The notes under the pieces: model-generated
What the model saw: the letters and a program-made list of their open reading frames with translations, nothing else
What the model was told of the DNA's origin: nothing
The model's database searches: none
Position numbers and translations under genes: made by a program
NCBI GenBank assembly: GCA_963743305.1
Contig: CAVUPH010000012.1
Location: 1-64,000 of the forward strand
Source: an uncultured delta proteobacterium
GTDB lineage: Bacteria > Desulfobacterota > RBG-13-43-22
DNA length: 64,000 bases
Reading direction: 5' to 3'
Part shown: piece after piece, positions 1 to 10,253 of the stretch
Layout: every line of letters starts with the position of its first letter
Numbering within the stretch: the stretch's first letter is position 1

Positions 1-466
1 TCGTGCCGATGGCCGCATAGATATTCATCTTGCCCTGCATGGCAATCTGGAAATAGGGGCGGAACTTTACGTCCACCCCGGTGAGGGGTACTCCAACCGT
101 GTCCCAAGAGGATTTGATTACCCCGTCCGGGTTCACTAAATAAACCCCGTTGGCCTCATAGGACTGGCCGATTGCCTGCAAGCTTTCCATGACCACCGGA
201 GTATCCAGGGGAATCTCTCCGCGTGCGACTCTCTTGATCAGCTGATCGACCAGCCCTAACGCGGACACCGCTCCCATCACATTGCCGTTCATCGTCTGTG
301 CTATTACTTCGAAGCCGCGTCGAGTTACCTCGGTTTCCAAATCCTCTTTGTAATCGTGTTCAAGAGAGAGGCGCGTTGCCTCTATGATGCCGAGTGCCAC
401 CGTAACCGAGAGCAGGATGGCGCTTATCCAGGGCAAGAGGCGGCGTGACGATGGACTAATTTTCAT
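1..466 (-). CDS. Membrane-anchored Cache-domain (DctB-like) sensor protein, N-terminal part; runs off the left edge
   Basis: Hand translation (absent from the ORF track): ATG at 466 after AGGA, MKISPSSRRLLPWISAILLSVTVALGII (TM helix)...GVYLVNPDGVIKSSW...GVDVKFRPYFQIAMQGKMNIYAAIGT, the FRPYF..A..G Cache/DctB motif. Confidence 0.75.
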   Translation of the reverse strand, partial: MKISPSSRRLLPWISAILLSVTVALGIIEATRLSLEHDYKEDLETEVTRRGFEVIAQTMNGNVMGAVSALGLVDQLIKRVARGEIPLDTPVVMESLQAIGQSYEANGVYLVNPDGVIKSSWDTVGVPLTGVDVKFRPYFQIAMQGKMNIYAAIGT

Positions 467-511
467 GGTGGGTTTCCTGTGAGTTGTATTCACCCAAGAT
501 CAAATCTAACA

Positions 512-2689
512 TCAGCTGAATTGTATTCTTTCCTCAGCTATGACGCCCATGGCATAAAAAAGTATCGGATATTCCCTTTTCAATCTCTCGAAATCCAGGC
601 GGCGTAAGATCAATAAGGAGGTGTCTTCCTCGGCAATAACCGTGGCGGTGCGGATGCCATCGCCCAGAACGGCCATCTCCCCGAAGAACTGGTTTTTGGA
701 CATAGAACGGATCTTTTCCGCTTGACCGGTTATGGTCATAATGACGCTGGCTTTACCCCACTCAAGATAGAAGATTTCATCTCCCTTTTCTCCTTCATGA
801 GTAATTATCTCCCCTGCTTTAAAGATTCTCCGGTTAACTTTTTCAGCAAACCGGTCGATGATCTGGAGGGGCAGCTCTTTGACCCAGCCGCATTGTAACA
901 GAGCCGGGCGCATTTGATGAAGTTTGAGAAGCCTTTTTCCGAGGGTGGTCCTGCGTGCCATTTGGAGAAAAACTGCTCTGGGGATAACCATCATCCTTCC
1001 TTTGGTTTTGGCTTTTACGGTGACTGTGCAGAGGTTGTCTTCTAAAATGGGTAGTTCTCCGAAAAAATCTCCTGTACCCAACCTTATAAGTTTATGGTTA
1101 CCCTGGATAATTGAAAACGCTCCATCGATGATAATATAGAAGTCCTTCCCTGGCTCACCTTCTTTTAAAATAACCTGACCGATATCCACCGCCTCAATTT
1201 TCCCCAGGGAATAGATGGTATTCAGCCATTCCTGACTAAGGCTGGAAATAAGAGGTGAATTCTGTATGGCATTGATATCGCCAATACTTACCGTAGACGC
1301 CGGAATAAATTCCCATTGCTGGCCGGGAAGGATAAGATTCAATCCTGTTATTCCTTCAGGTAAATTGGATCGATGGGTTAAGTAAGTTTTTTGCTTAACA
1401 TTCAGGGGAAGTTTGTTAATTTCCGCCGGATCGGGGTGAATTAAGCCCCCTCCGCCGTCCATGATGACCAAGTCGGCCTTGGCAGTAAAAATATTTGCCA
1501 AAGGATCATATGTCGCCTGGTCGACTATTCCGGCAGCAAAAAGGTTTTGCAGTGGTTCGCCCCAAACAGTATCACCGCTATATATAATTTTTTTTCCGTT
1601 ATAAGTAACTTCGAATCCTATGGTTGCAATGGTATGAACGCTTCGAAAAAATTTAAATGTCGCTCCAAACCAATAGTACGGTTTATCTAACGAAACTTCT
1701 ATACAATGAACCATTTTCTTTATTTTATCTTCAGGCCAATTAATTAATAAGGATAGTTTTAATATAAAGCTATGGTATACTTCCTTAATAGTTATCAAGG
1801 TTACTTTATGACCACTCATGATGGTATCAATCACGGAAGAATGGTCCCCATGGGTATGAGATAATATACTTCCTTTTATTTCACTGATGCTCAAACCAAA
1901 TGCCCTGAGATGTTCTTTAGTCCAGGACGGTCCATCAATAAGAAGAGGCATAGAGTTTATAAAAAGTACTAAACCAGTTGTAAACCCGATGGGATCAAAA
2001 CCTGAGGTGCAGTGACTCAAGGCAAGTAATCCGAATGCAGGCCTTTTGAGTTGGAAAGAAGAATCTGCTTGTATTTTCATCGGTGGTTTCTGTCTTTCAT
2101 AAAAATTTAAGTTAATAACCTGATTTTCCCCTCGATAGGTAATAGAGAAGCAATTTTTCTCCTTTACTTCGATATGCAACCCCTTTAATTCTGTCTTTCC
2201 TTCGTTAAAATAGATGAATTCAACCAGATCATCGACTTCGGCAATTGAACCTTCCTGCCTTTTTAGGGCAAAGTGATTGATGATGGCAAGTTGTCGCGCC
2301 ATTTCTTGTTGCGGAATGTGCCACTTACGCATGAGACTTTCATCCGGACCCAGCAGAGTAAGCCTTAATAGCTGCCTGGTCCTATCAATCTGGTCGGCGG
2401 TGCCGATAACCTTGAGTTTTTCTCCCTGGAAGAATCCCCCTCGAAAAAATAAAAAATGATACAGCGGAAATTCCAGTTCGGCTTGAACCTCCTCTAACCA
2501 AAAAAAATTGGCCGGTAAAACCACCGTGGTGGGCATAGATTTCCGGCGATTCATTAAGACCTTGATAATCTCCGGGGGGGAACCGAAAATTATCGTTTCA
2601 TCCTCTATCTGAACTAAGAAACATCCTATCATCATTTCTTCGACGGTTAACATTGGTCTTATCCTTTCATCAGGGAGACTATCCGCCAT
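512..2689 (-). CDS. Metallo-beta-lactamase-fold hydrolase with two C-terminal cNMP-binding domains (putative cyclic-nucleotide-regulated phosphodiesterase)
   Basis: SHTHGDH (HxHxDH), VHTI, YSGDT and THRS metal motifs; two cNMP domains (GDFFGEL; QFFGEMAVLGDGIRTATV). Start placed at ATG 2689 after a GAGGA RBS. Visibly AT-rich. Confidence 0.8.
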   Translation of the reverse strand: MADSLPDERIRPMLTVEEMMIGCFLVQIEDETIIFGSPPEIIKVLMNRRKSMPTTVVLPANFFWLEEVQAELEFPLYHFLFFRGGFFQGEKLKVIGTADQIDRTRQLLRLTLLGPDESLMRKWHIPQQEMARQLAIINHFALKRQEGSIAEVDDLVEFIYFNEGKTELKGLHIEVKEKNCFSITYRGENQVINLNFYERQKPPMKIQADSSFQLKRPAFGLLALSHCTSGFDPIGFTTGLVLFINSMPLLIDGPSWTKEHLRAFGLSISEIKGSILSHTHGDHSSVIDTIMSGHKVTLITIKEVYHSFILKLSLLINWPEDKIKKMVHCIEVSLDKPYYWFGATFKFFRSVHTIATIGFEVTYNGKKIIYSGDTVWGEPLQNLFAAGIVDQATYDPLANIFTAKADLVIMDGGGGLIHPDPAEINKLPLNVKQKTYLTHRSNLPEGITGLNLILPGQQWEFIPASTVSIGDINAIQNSPLISSLSQEWLNTIYSLGKIEAVDIGQVILKEGEPGKDFYIIIDGAFSIIQGNHKLIRLGTGDFFGELPILEDNLCTVTVKAKTKGRMMVIPRAVFLQMARRTTLGKRLLKLHQMRPALLQCGWVKELPLQIIDRFAEKVNRRIFKAGEIITHEGEKGDEIFYLEWGKASVIMTITGQAEKIRSMSKNQFFGEMAVLGDGIRTATVIAEEDTSLLILRRLDFERLKREYPILFYAMGVIAEERIQFS

Positions 2690-2750
2690 GTGGTCCTCAA
2701 CCTCATCCTTCTCCATAGACAAAAAACGGGGAAAATCCGCTGCCCTCCTT

Positions 2751-2918
2751 TCACTTGGATATATTATGGGGCGGCGATGTACGAGGGTCATCCTGAGTTT
2801 GCCAGCCGCCGCCCAGGGCCCGGTAGAGAGCGATGACGGCCAGGAGTTCGTTGGCCCGGTCCTGGGTTAACTTGAGCTCGGACTCAAATAACTGCCGGTC
2901 CGAATCCAGCACTTCCAG
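2751..2918 (-). pseudogene. C-terminal remnant of a NodT/OprM-family RND efflux outer-membrane subunit
   Basis: Hand translation LEVLDSDRQLFESELKLTQDRANELLAVIALYRALGGGWQ...* carries the LY.ALGGGW terminal motif; no start codon, in-frame TAA just upstream (2940-2942). Confidence 0.8.
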
Positions 2919-2958
2919 GGGGGGCAGGTCAGTTGCTTTTTATCCCGTCCGAAAACGA

Positions 2959-4930
2959 TCAGCCAATTTTGATCGCCCGGACCTCCGCGGCGCGTTCATC
3001 GACCGGGATCACGGGCAGTTCGCCCTTGTTCTTGACCGGCAGGCTGCGGAGGTGGTCCATGATCGCCTGCCATTCCTTGATCTCCCGGGCGGCTTTCTTC
3101 TTCCCCCCAGTGGCGACACTGCGCTTGTCCAGCGTACCCTTCGGCGGTAGCAGGTCGGGTGTGCTGTCGCGAGGGTCGTCGAGTGCCTCGACCTTCGACT
3201 TGAGGGGCTGTCCCTTCTTGTCCTTGGGAACAAGAGCCAGTTTACCCTTGGTGTACTTCGGGATGGCCATGACAATCATGCCGAGCATCAGGGGGCAGGT
3301 GAGGCTGTACAACCGCTCGTCCTTCCCGCTGATGTCGATGGCGCGGTAGCCGCGATCGAGGTCTCCGATCTCGATGGCCGTCACGACGTCGAACTTGGGG
3401 CGCGACTGGTCGTAGCGGAACCTCATGCCGGAGGTGCGGGGGAAATACTCGCCGGGGTGGGCCGGGTTGTCAACGAGGAAAAACTCGAGCAGATTCTTCA
3501 GCTCCTGGCCGGTGAAGTAGCCAGTCACGAGTGCGCTGCCGGCCGTGGTATCCACGACACCGGCGCCGAGGGGCGCCACGGCGAACACGTCATAGACGGT
3601 TTGCACGCCTGATTTTCCCCGGGTCAAGCCGGCGCGCATCAGCCCGTTGGCGGTGAATGCGATGTCCGCTTTCGTGGCTTTTCTGAAGGCGTCGGTGACA
3701 GAGGTTGGCGAGGGGGGTGCTGGCGGCGATGTCGGTGAACGTGTTGGGCAGGTCCCGCGGCGCCACCGCCAGCGGCTGATCGATGCTGTAACCACGGGAT
3801 GCGAACACGATCCCGGTGACACTCTTCTTGAGCTTGTCGATCTCGTCGGCAATGGCCCGGTCGCCGGCAAAGGTGTCGTCGATCGGGTAGAGCCGGTAGG
3901 ACTCGACCGTCAGCTTGCCGCCGTCCATGGTGACCACCAGCTCGCCGAGGTTCTCTCCATACTTCCCGGTCTGGACCACGGGGGTGCGGCCGTTGACGAT
4001 GATCGCCTCCTGCAGCTCGGTGTGGCTGTGGCCGCCGATCACCACGTCGATGCCCGGCACGGCCTTGGCCAGACTCACGTCGTCGCCCTCGCTGAAGCGC
4101 CCGTCCTTCCCTTTCTGCACGCCGCCATGGCTGAGACAGATGACCACATCCACCTTCTCCGTCTCGCGGAGAAGCGTCACCATCTCCCTGGCGGTCTCGA
4201 TGGCGTCGGTGAACGTAACGGCACCTGCACCACTGGTGTAGAACTGGGCCTCCTTGCCGAGCACCCCGAAGATGCCGAAGCGAATGCCGCCGCGCTCGAT
4301 CACGAGGTGGCGGCGGATCACCCCGGCCTTGGCCAGACGCTGGAGATCGGCCAGCGTTGCGTCTTGCTGCGCGAAGCCGGTATTCGAGGCAAGCACCGCC
4401 GGAACCCGGCCGGCTTTGGCGGCTACGCCGATTGACCCGCCCAGGCCGTCAGGCCCAAGGTCGAATTCATGGTTGCCGAAGGTAGTGGCGTCGTAACCCA
4501 TCCGGGACATGAGTTTAAGTTCGCCGCCGGTCTCGCGGGTAGCGGCGCCGAACGCGGTCCCCATGCTGTAGTCACCCGCGTCAAGCACCAGCACAGGACC
4601 CTGATCTTTGCGCGCCTCCTTCCTCTTAGCGATCAACGCGGCCAGACGCGCGTACCCGCCCCGGGTCGTGTCGTCGTTGAGCTTGAATGGGGTGTAGTCC
4701 GCGGCCGGACCCATGCCGATGAAGGCCGAGTGCATGTCGTTGGTGTGCAGGATGGTGAAGGTCTTCTTCCCGTCCGGGGCCGCGGATAGTACTCCAGGCA
4801 GGCAGATCGTCACGCCGAATGCCGCTGAGACAACCAGGAATTCGCGACGGGAGATCGTATCGCGTGACATGAGAGTGAAGGTCTCCTTCCCGTCCGCTAT
4901 TGCGGCCGGTTCTTTGTCTGTGGTTTTCAT
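2959..4930 (-). CDS. Tat-exported bifunctional UDP-sugar hydrolase/5'-nucleotidase (one frameshift near 3701)
   Basis: SRREFL Tat motif; ILHTNDMHS, LDAGD, GNHEFD and GGHSH metallophosphatase motifs; the C-domain (VTDAFR...ADIAFTANG) continues in another frame; removing one base restores LANLVTDAFR. Confidence 0.85.
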
Positions 4931-5118
4931 TGTTGTGGCCACCTCTTAAAAAAAGGTTTTGGAGAACTCTTTCCCGAGTTTAACCCTTTCGAGGGAAGGC
5001 CCAGGTCGAATTCGATCTTGCCGATGCGCGTGTCGCTCGTTCCCTGAAGAACGGGCGTGGCCTGTGCCCAGGCGGACGCAGTTCTGTTCATTTTACGGGG
5101 TCGAACCAACTTCTTCAT
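4927..5118 (-). pseudogene. N-terminal remnant of a probable DUF1254-like secreted protein
   Basis: RBS + MKKLV...AWAQATPVLQGTSDTRIGKIEFDLGLPSK resembles the TRIG.LEF..G.PS start of DUF1254/DUF1214 proteins, then degenerates. Confidence 0.45.
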
Positions 5119-5216
5119 GGACCTGCCTTTCGATGTTTGCTTGCCAAGGTGGGCCGCACCCGGTTGCGACAGAGTGCGGCCCGATATGTTAATTTAGTGG
5201 TTCATACAACCCGGTG

Positions 5217-6811
5217 TCACTTTTCGCCCCCAGCTTTCGTGATCGATTCCATCACGCGGTCGAGGTTAAAGCTGCCGGGCTTCTGGCGCGGCGGGAACTC
5301 GCGGAAGCTCTGCAGCCACTGTCCGACGTAGGCGCCCGACGGCGCAATCGCAAAGGCGCGCTCCATCATCCATTGGGTGTAGCCCGCGCCTTCATACTCG
5401 GCGCGCTCGAACGGGTCCATGCGCAGATTGGTAATCATCGGTAAGCGCAGTTCCTCGAATGGCTGCTGCCAAACATGGAAACCGTGGGCGTTCTGCTTCA
5501 GGAAGGTCACCTTCCAGTTGTTGTAGCGCAGCGCCGCGACGCTGCCGTCGTCGGTCCAGTAGATGAACTCCTTCCGCGGCCACTCGCCCTGACCCTTGAG
5601 CGCGGGCAGGAGATTATAGCCGTCGAGGTGCACCTTGTAGGTCAGGTTGCCGACTTTCTTGCCCTTCAACAGGTCCTCCTTGGCGCTGGTATCGCCCGCC
5701 GCCGCGAGCAGGGTCGGGAGCATGTCCTCGTGCGCCCCGATGTCGTTGATGACCGTGCCGGGCTTGATGACGCCGGGCCAGCGGATCAGGGTCGGGACCC
5801 GGAAGCCGCCTTCCCAGTTGGTGTTCTTCTCGCCGCGGAACATCGTCGACCCGCCGTCGGGCCACAGGAAGGTTTCCGCGCCGTTGTCGGTGGAATACAT
5901 GACAATGGTGTTGTCTTCGAGGCCCAATTCCTTCAGCTTGGCCAGTATTTGGCCGACCTGGCCGTCATGCTCCACCATCCCATCGGCATAAACGCCCAGC
6001 CCGGTCTTGCCCTCGCTCTCCTTCTTGAGGTGCGTGAAGACGTGCATGCGGGTGGAGTTCCACCACAGGAAGAACGGCTTGTCCGCCTTCTTGGCGCCTG
6101 CTCCATGAAGTCGAGCGCCTTGGCGGTGACTTCTTCGTCTATGGTCTCCATGCGCTTCTTCGTCAGCGGGCCGGTGTCTTCAATCTTGCCGCCGGCGAAA
6201 CTGTGGATGACACCCCGGGGGCCGAACTTCTTTTTGAACTCGGGGTTCTTGGGGTAGTCCGGATTCTCCGGCTCCTCCTCCGCGTTCAGGTGGTAGAGGT
6301 TGCCGAAGAATTCGTCGAACCCGTGGTTCGTCGGCAGCATCTCGTCGCGGTCGCCGAGGTGGTTCTTGCCGAACTGGCCGGTCATGTAACCGTGCGGCTT
6401 GAGCAAGCCGGCAATCGTCGGATCTTCCTTCTTCATTCCCTCGGGCGCGCCCGGCAGTCCGACCTTGGTCAGGCCGGTGCGGATGGGCGACTGCCCGGTG
6501 ATGAACGCCGCGCGGCCGGCGGTGCAGCTCTGCTGGCCATACCAGTCGGTAAATAGCGCTCCTTCCTGCGCGATGCGGTCAATGTTGGGCGTCTTGTAGC
6601 CCATCATGCCCTGGTTGTAGGCGCTGATATTGAACTGGCCGATGTCATCGCCCCAGATGATGAGAATGTTGGGCTTCTTGGCGGCCTTGGGCGCCTCCGC
6701 CGCCTTGCCCGCCATCGGTGCCGCGCACATGATGGTGGCCGCGGCGAGCACGCCGCCGACCGCCGCCCACCGGCGCGCCTTGCTCCCCTTCGTTGGTACT
6801 CGTTTCTCCAT
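5217..6811 (-). CDS. Secreted Cys-type arylsulfatase (one frameshift near 6097)
   Basis: Signal peptide, [25 protein letters not shown] formylglycine motif, [26 protein letters not shown]; the two ORFs join as [21 protein letters not shown]. Confidence 0.9.
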
Positions 6812-6842
6812 GTGCTCCTCCTTCCTTAAAGGCTATTTTTCT

Positions 6843-7598
6843 TTATTTTTGCGTGTTCTCCAGCAAATAGTCCAGGACACTCTCGGCCAGCAGGAGGTCC
6901 TTGAGCCGCGGTCTGCCACTCCCTTGCTCCAGTTCGGCTCTTAAAATGTCGGCCTTGGTCCCGAACTCCGCCGCCTTCTCCTCAATGCGCCGATCAACGT
7001 CTGCTTCTTCCACCTCGATACCCTCTTCCCGGGCGATGCGTTTCAGGATCAGCATGAGCTTGACCCGTTGGGCCGCGGCCTGCCAGGGCTCGCTGCCCGG
7101 CTCACTTTCCGCCAGGCCGTCCGGGGCAAGTTCAGCCCGGATCAACGCATCGGGGATTGGGAAACTTACCAGTTCAAGCAGCCGCAGCGACAGCTCACCC
7201 TGGGGATCCCCGATCCCTGCCTCCACAGGCCTTAAGGACCGGTAATCCGGAAGTTCGAACTCCGGCCAGGGGATAAAGCGCGCCGTGAACCGGAGGGATT
7301 GGCCTGTTTCCCACTCGATCTCCGAGACTTCCACGGGTCCGGCGGCCTCCGCCTGCGCCAGTTCCAGCGCCTGACGGCAGAGGCGGGGGGCGCAGCGGCG
7401 GGACAGATTTTCCGTGATCTCCCGCCGAAACCGCTGCTCCAGAACCTGGCGGGGCACCTTGCCCGGCCTGAATCCCGGCACTCGCAGGCGTGCATAATCT
7501 CTGAGGATATCGTCGTAGTCAGCCGCGATCTCTTCCCAGGGGGCCTCCACGCGCACCTGCCGGTAGCCGTCTTCCAGGCTGACCATCTTCCATTTCAT
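6843..7598 (-). CDS. Mini trigger-factor-like chaperone (ribosome-binding + C-terminal domain, no FKBP PPIase domain), 251 aa
   Basis: GFRPGKVP ribosome-binding signature, PEFELPDY linker, C-domain A.QRVKLMLIL.RIA.EEGIEVEEADVD; ATG 7598 overlaps the maturase TGA (ATGA). Confidence 0.85.
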   Translation of the reverse strand: MKWKMVSLEDGYRQVRVEAPWEEIAADYDDILRDYARLRVPGFRPGKVPRQVLEQRFRREITENLSRRCAPRLCRQALELAQAEAAGPVEVSEIEWETGQSLRFTARFIPWPEFELPDYRSLRPVEAGIGDPQGELSLRLLELVSFPIPDALIRAELAPDGLAESEPGSEPWQAAAQRVKLMLILKRIAREEGIEVEEADVDRRIEEKAAEFGTKADILRAELEQGSGRPRLKDLLLAESVLDYLLENTQK

Positions 7599-8929
7599 GG
7601 TTGTTTCTCTGGGCGCCAGTTCTCCGCCGGAAGGCTTCGGGCTTCCTTCACCACCGGAGCGCCCAGGCTGCGGACGATCTTCTGAATATAGGGATCGATA
7701 TGGGAGAAGAAACGCTTCCAGCCCCGACACAGGTAGTTCAGTCCCGGCTCGCCGTCGGGCGTCTTGAGGAAGCGATTCTTGGGGCATTCGCCGAAGCAGG
7801 CGAACTCATACTCGCACCGCCGGCAGTACTCGGGGAGCGTCCCCTCCTTGCTTTTGCCGAAGCGCTCCTGGCGCTCTGAATAAGCCATCTCTGCCAGAGG
7901 CAGGGTAAGGATGTTACCGAGGGCGTATTCGGGATAGACGTAATGGTCGCAGGCATATACCGAGCCATCATGCTCCAGGGCCAGCCCCTTGCCGCACATG
8001 GGGCTCTGGGTACACAGCGGCGAGACGTGCCCCATCCAGGTCTCCACCGCGGCCTCGAAATAATGGACATAAATCTGGCCCAGGTCCTTACGGTACCACT
8101 CATCGAAGATGCGGCAAAGAAACTCCCCCCAGTCATCTGGATCGACGCACCAGTCCTCCACGATGGACTCGGGATGGCCGGGTCGCGCCTGGGGAGAACC
8201 GTCCTCCGGGATGAATCGCTGGCCCCAGTACTGCGGCGCCGTATACCAAAAGCCTACGGGCTCAACGATGGGAATGAATTGCAGGCGTTTGGCGCCCACC
8301 TCATCCCTGAGAAAGCGATAAACTTGAAGCGGCTGCTTGGCGGTCAACCGGTTCACGCAGCTCAGCGTGGCAAAGTTGACCTGATGTTTTCTGAGCAGCC
8401 GGGCCGCCCGGAAGACCCGATCAAAGCTCCCCGCCCCCGCCTTGTCCTTGCGGTAATGGTCATGGAGTTCTTTGGGGCCGTCGAGGCTCAAGCCCACCAG
8501 AAAATTGTGCTCCGCCAGGAACTCGCACCAGGCCTCGTCAATGAGCGTCCCGTTGGTCTGGAGGTCGTTCTCGCAGCGAACGTGGGGCGGGCAGTACCGC
8601 TTCTGCAACTCCACCACCCGCCGGAAGAAGTCCAGGCCCAGCAGGGTGGGCTCTCCTCCCTGCCAGGAGAACACCACCTCCTTGCAGTTTTGGCCCTGGA
8701 AATACTGCCGGATAAAGGTCTCCAGGATCTCGTCGGTGATGCGCCAGTTGTTTTCCGTGTTCAGCAGGACCTGCTTGGTAAGGTAGTAGCAATAGGTGCA
8801 ACTGAGGTTGCAGAGCGGCCCCGTCGGCTTCACCATCACGTGCATACGCCGCACCGGTTTGCCCCGCCAGAGACGGGGCTTTAATGTTTGGTGCTCACGT
8901 CCCATTTCTGTTCTCTCTAAGTTGTTCAC
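7595..8929 (-). CDS. Anaerobic sulfatase maturase (radical SAM/SPASM, anSME/AslB family)
   Basis: KPTGPLCNLSCTYCYY, WQGGEPTLLG, LQTNGTL, VYACDHYV, CRRC.YEFACFGECPKNRF, NYLCRGW. Confidence 0.95.
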   Translation of the reverse strand: MNNLERTEMGREHQTLKPRLWRGKPVRRMHVMVKPTGPLCNLSCTYCYYLTKQVLLNTENNWRITDEILETFIRQYFQGQNCKEVVFSWQGGEPTLLGLDFFRRVVELQKRYCPPHVRCENDLQTNGTLIDEAWCEFLAEHNFLVGLSLDGPKELHDHYRKDKAGAGSFDRVFRAARLLRKHQVNFATLSCVNRLTAKQPLQVYRFLRDEVGAKRLQFIPIVEPVGFWYTAPQYWGQRFIPEDGSPQARPGHPESIVEDWCVDPDDWGEFLCRIFDEWYRKDLGQIYVHYFEAAVETWMGHVSPLCTQSPMCGKGLALEHDGSVYACDHYVYPEYALGNILTLPLAEMAYSERQERFGKSKEGTLPEYCRRCEYEFACFGECPKNRFLKTPDGEPGLNYLCRGWKRFFSHIDPYIQKIVRSLGAPVVKEARSLPAENWRPEKQP

Positions 8930-9003
8930 TTCTTCTTCGACCCCACGCCAGGACCTCCTTATAGCGGTAGAAATCCATGACCCGAATGTTTTTCAGCCGG
9001 CTC

Positions 9004-10233
9004 CTATCGAATTTCGACGGCCTGCTTTAAGCCCGGCGGGTACTTCATCCAGGCATAGCCCCGGCGCCCCTGCTCATATCCCAGGTTGAAGAGCTGGTTC
9101 ATGTAATTGCGGTCAAACTCTTCCTTCCGCTCCACCTTGAACTCCCCCGGAATGACGGCCAGGTTGAAATCCACTCCGTCCTGCTTGCTCAGAGTGTAAA
9201 TCCGATATAAGTCGCCGACGCCCTGGTATTTGATGATGGTGTTCAGGGCCCGTTCGGTGATGCCTTTCAGACCGGCTTCGGTCATACCCCATTCGGGCTT
9301 GGTCTTGCTGTTCCGGAGGATATACATCCGGGTGGGCCGGGGCTTGGCGTCTTTCCCCCTAACTTCAGTCGTGACCGCCAGGGGCCTGAAAACAAACTCG
9401 TAAGTGATCACCTCGGCCACGACGCCGCCGTCCACGTGGACCTCGTCGTACTTGTTGCCTGCCGCCTCAACTTCCAGATAGATGGGGGGAAACATCACCG
9501 GAATAGAGGCCGACGCCAGCAAGATCTTCCGGAACAGTTTATAAGCCTCCGGGGTGCCGACGGAGGCGATGGCCCCCATGTCCCAGATGGTCAGACGCTG
9601 GGCGTCCAGGTTGGTGGTGCCCACGAATAAGCGGCGGCCTTTCTGATGCTCTATGGCAATGGCCCGGAGCATGTCGTCATCCATCGACTTGGCTGCAAGC
9701 TCCGCCAGGGGCCAGGTGTCGGTGATGGAATCGGACCACAGCATCTTCAGCAGACTGCGCACCCGGTAGATGTTCTCGGTGGTGATGGTGGTATAGACTT
9801 CTTTCAACCTGGCATCGTACTCCGGCCCCAGGAAGGCAAATGGGGCGATAAGCGACCCGGTGCTGATGCCGGTCACCAACTTGAACCGGGGCCGGTCGCC
9901 GTGTTCGGTCCAGCCGCAAAGCAGCCCCGCCCCGAAGGCCCCGTCGGCCCCGCCGCCGGAGATGGCCAGGATATCCACCGTCGGGGTGGCAAAGACGCCG
10001 GCCGGCTTGCCGGGCTGGGCCACCAACTCCTGGCGGATGGATTCCACCGCGCTCCGGTGCATACTGTCATCAGGCGAATCGCCGTATCCCCTAACATCGG
10101 GCATGCCCACCACCCGCGCCTCATCCTGCAGGACCAGAGGCACCGGATGGCGCCCCCTGACAGTGCCGCAGCCTTGCACGAGAATGAAGAGCAGAAAAAG
10201 GTAGAAAGTAGTCCTTAACCTGACTCGCGGCAT
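9004..10233 (-). CDS. Patatin-like phospholipase, probable lipoprotein
   Basis: SGGGADGAFGAG, GISTG nucleophile, HVDGG; LVQGC lipobox after a hydrophobic stretch; start uncertain (10233-10278). Confidence 0.85.
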   Translation of the reverse strand: MPRVRLRTTFYLFLLFILVQGCGTVRGRHPVPLVLQDEARVVGMPDVRGYGDSPDDSMHRSAVESIRQELVAQPGKPAGVFATPTVDILAISGGGADGAFGAGLLCGWTEHGDRPRFKLVTGISTGSLIAPFAFLGPEYDARLKEVYTTITTENIYRVRSLLKMLWSDSITDTWPLAELAAKSMDDDMLRAIAIEHQKGRRLFVGTTNLDAQRLTIWDMGAIASVGTPEAYKLFRKILLASASIPVMFPPIYLEVEAAGNKYDEVHVDGGVVAEVITYEFVFRPLAVTTEVRGKDAKPRPTRMYILRNSKTKPEWGMTEAGLKGITERALNTIIKYQGVGDLYRIYTLSKQDGVDFNLAVIPGEFKVERKEEFDRNYMNQLFNLGYEQGRRGYAWMKYPPGLKQAVEIR

Positions 10234-10253
10234 TCTTTGACATCCAAAACAAC

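Noticed and set aside
2690-2791. N-terminal extension of the 759-aa ORF
   Set aside because: Overlaps the OprM remnant; a better RBS precedes ATG 2689
7599-7787. Extra 63 N-terminal residues on the trigger-factor-like ORF
   Set aside because: Out-of-frame overlap with the maturase; TF homology starts at ATG 7598
8926-8946. Six-codon ORF (VGSKKK) with a strong AAGGAGG RBS overlapping the maturase GTG
   Set aside because: Too short to evaluate; equally explained by another single-base error in the maturase 5' end
3647-10218. Long plus-strand ORFs antisense to the nucleotidase, sulfatase, maturase and patatin genes
   Set aside because: Shadow ORFs from high-GC codon bias; no motifs
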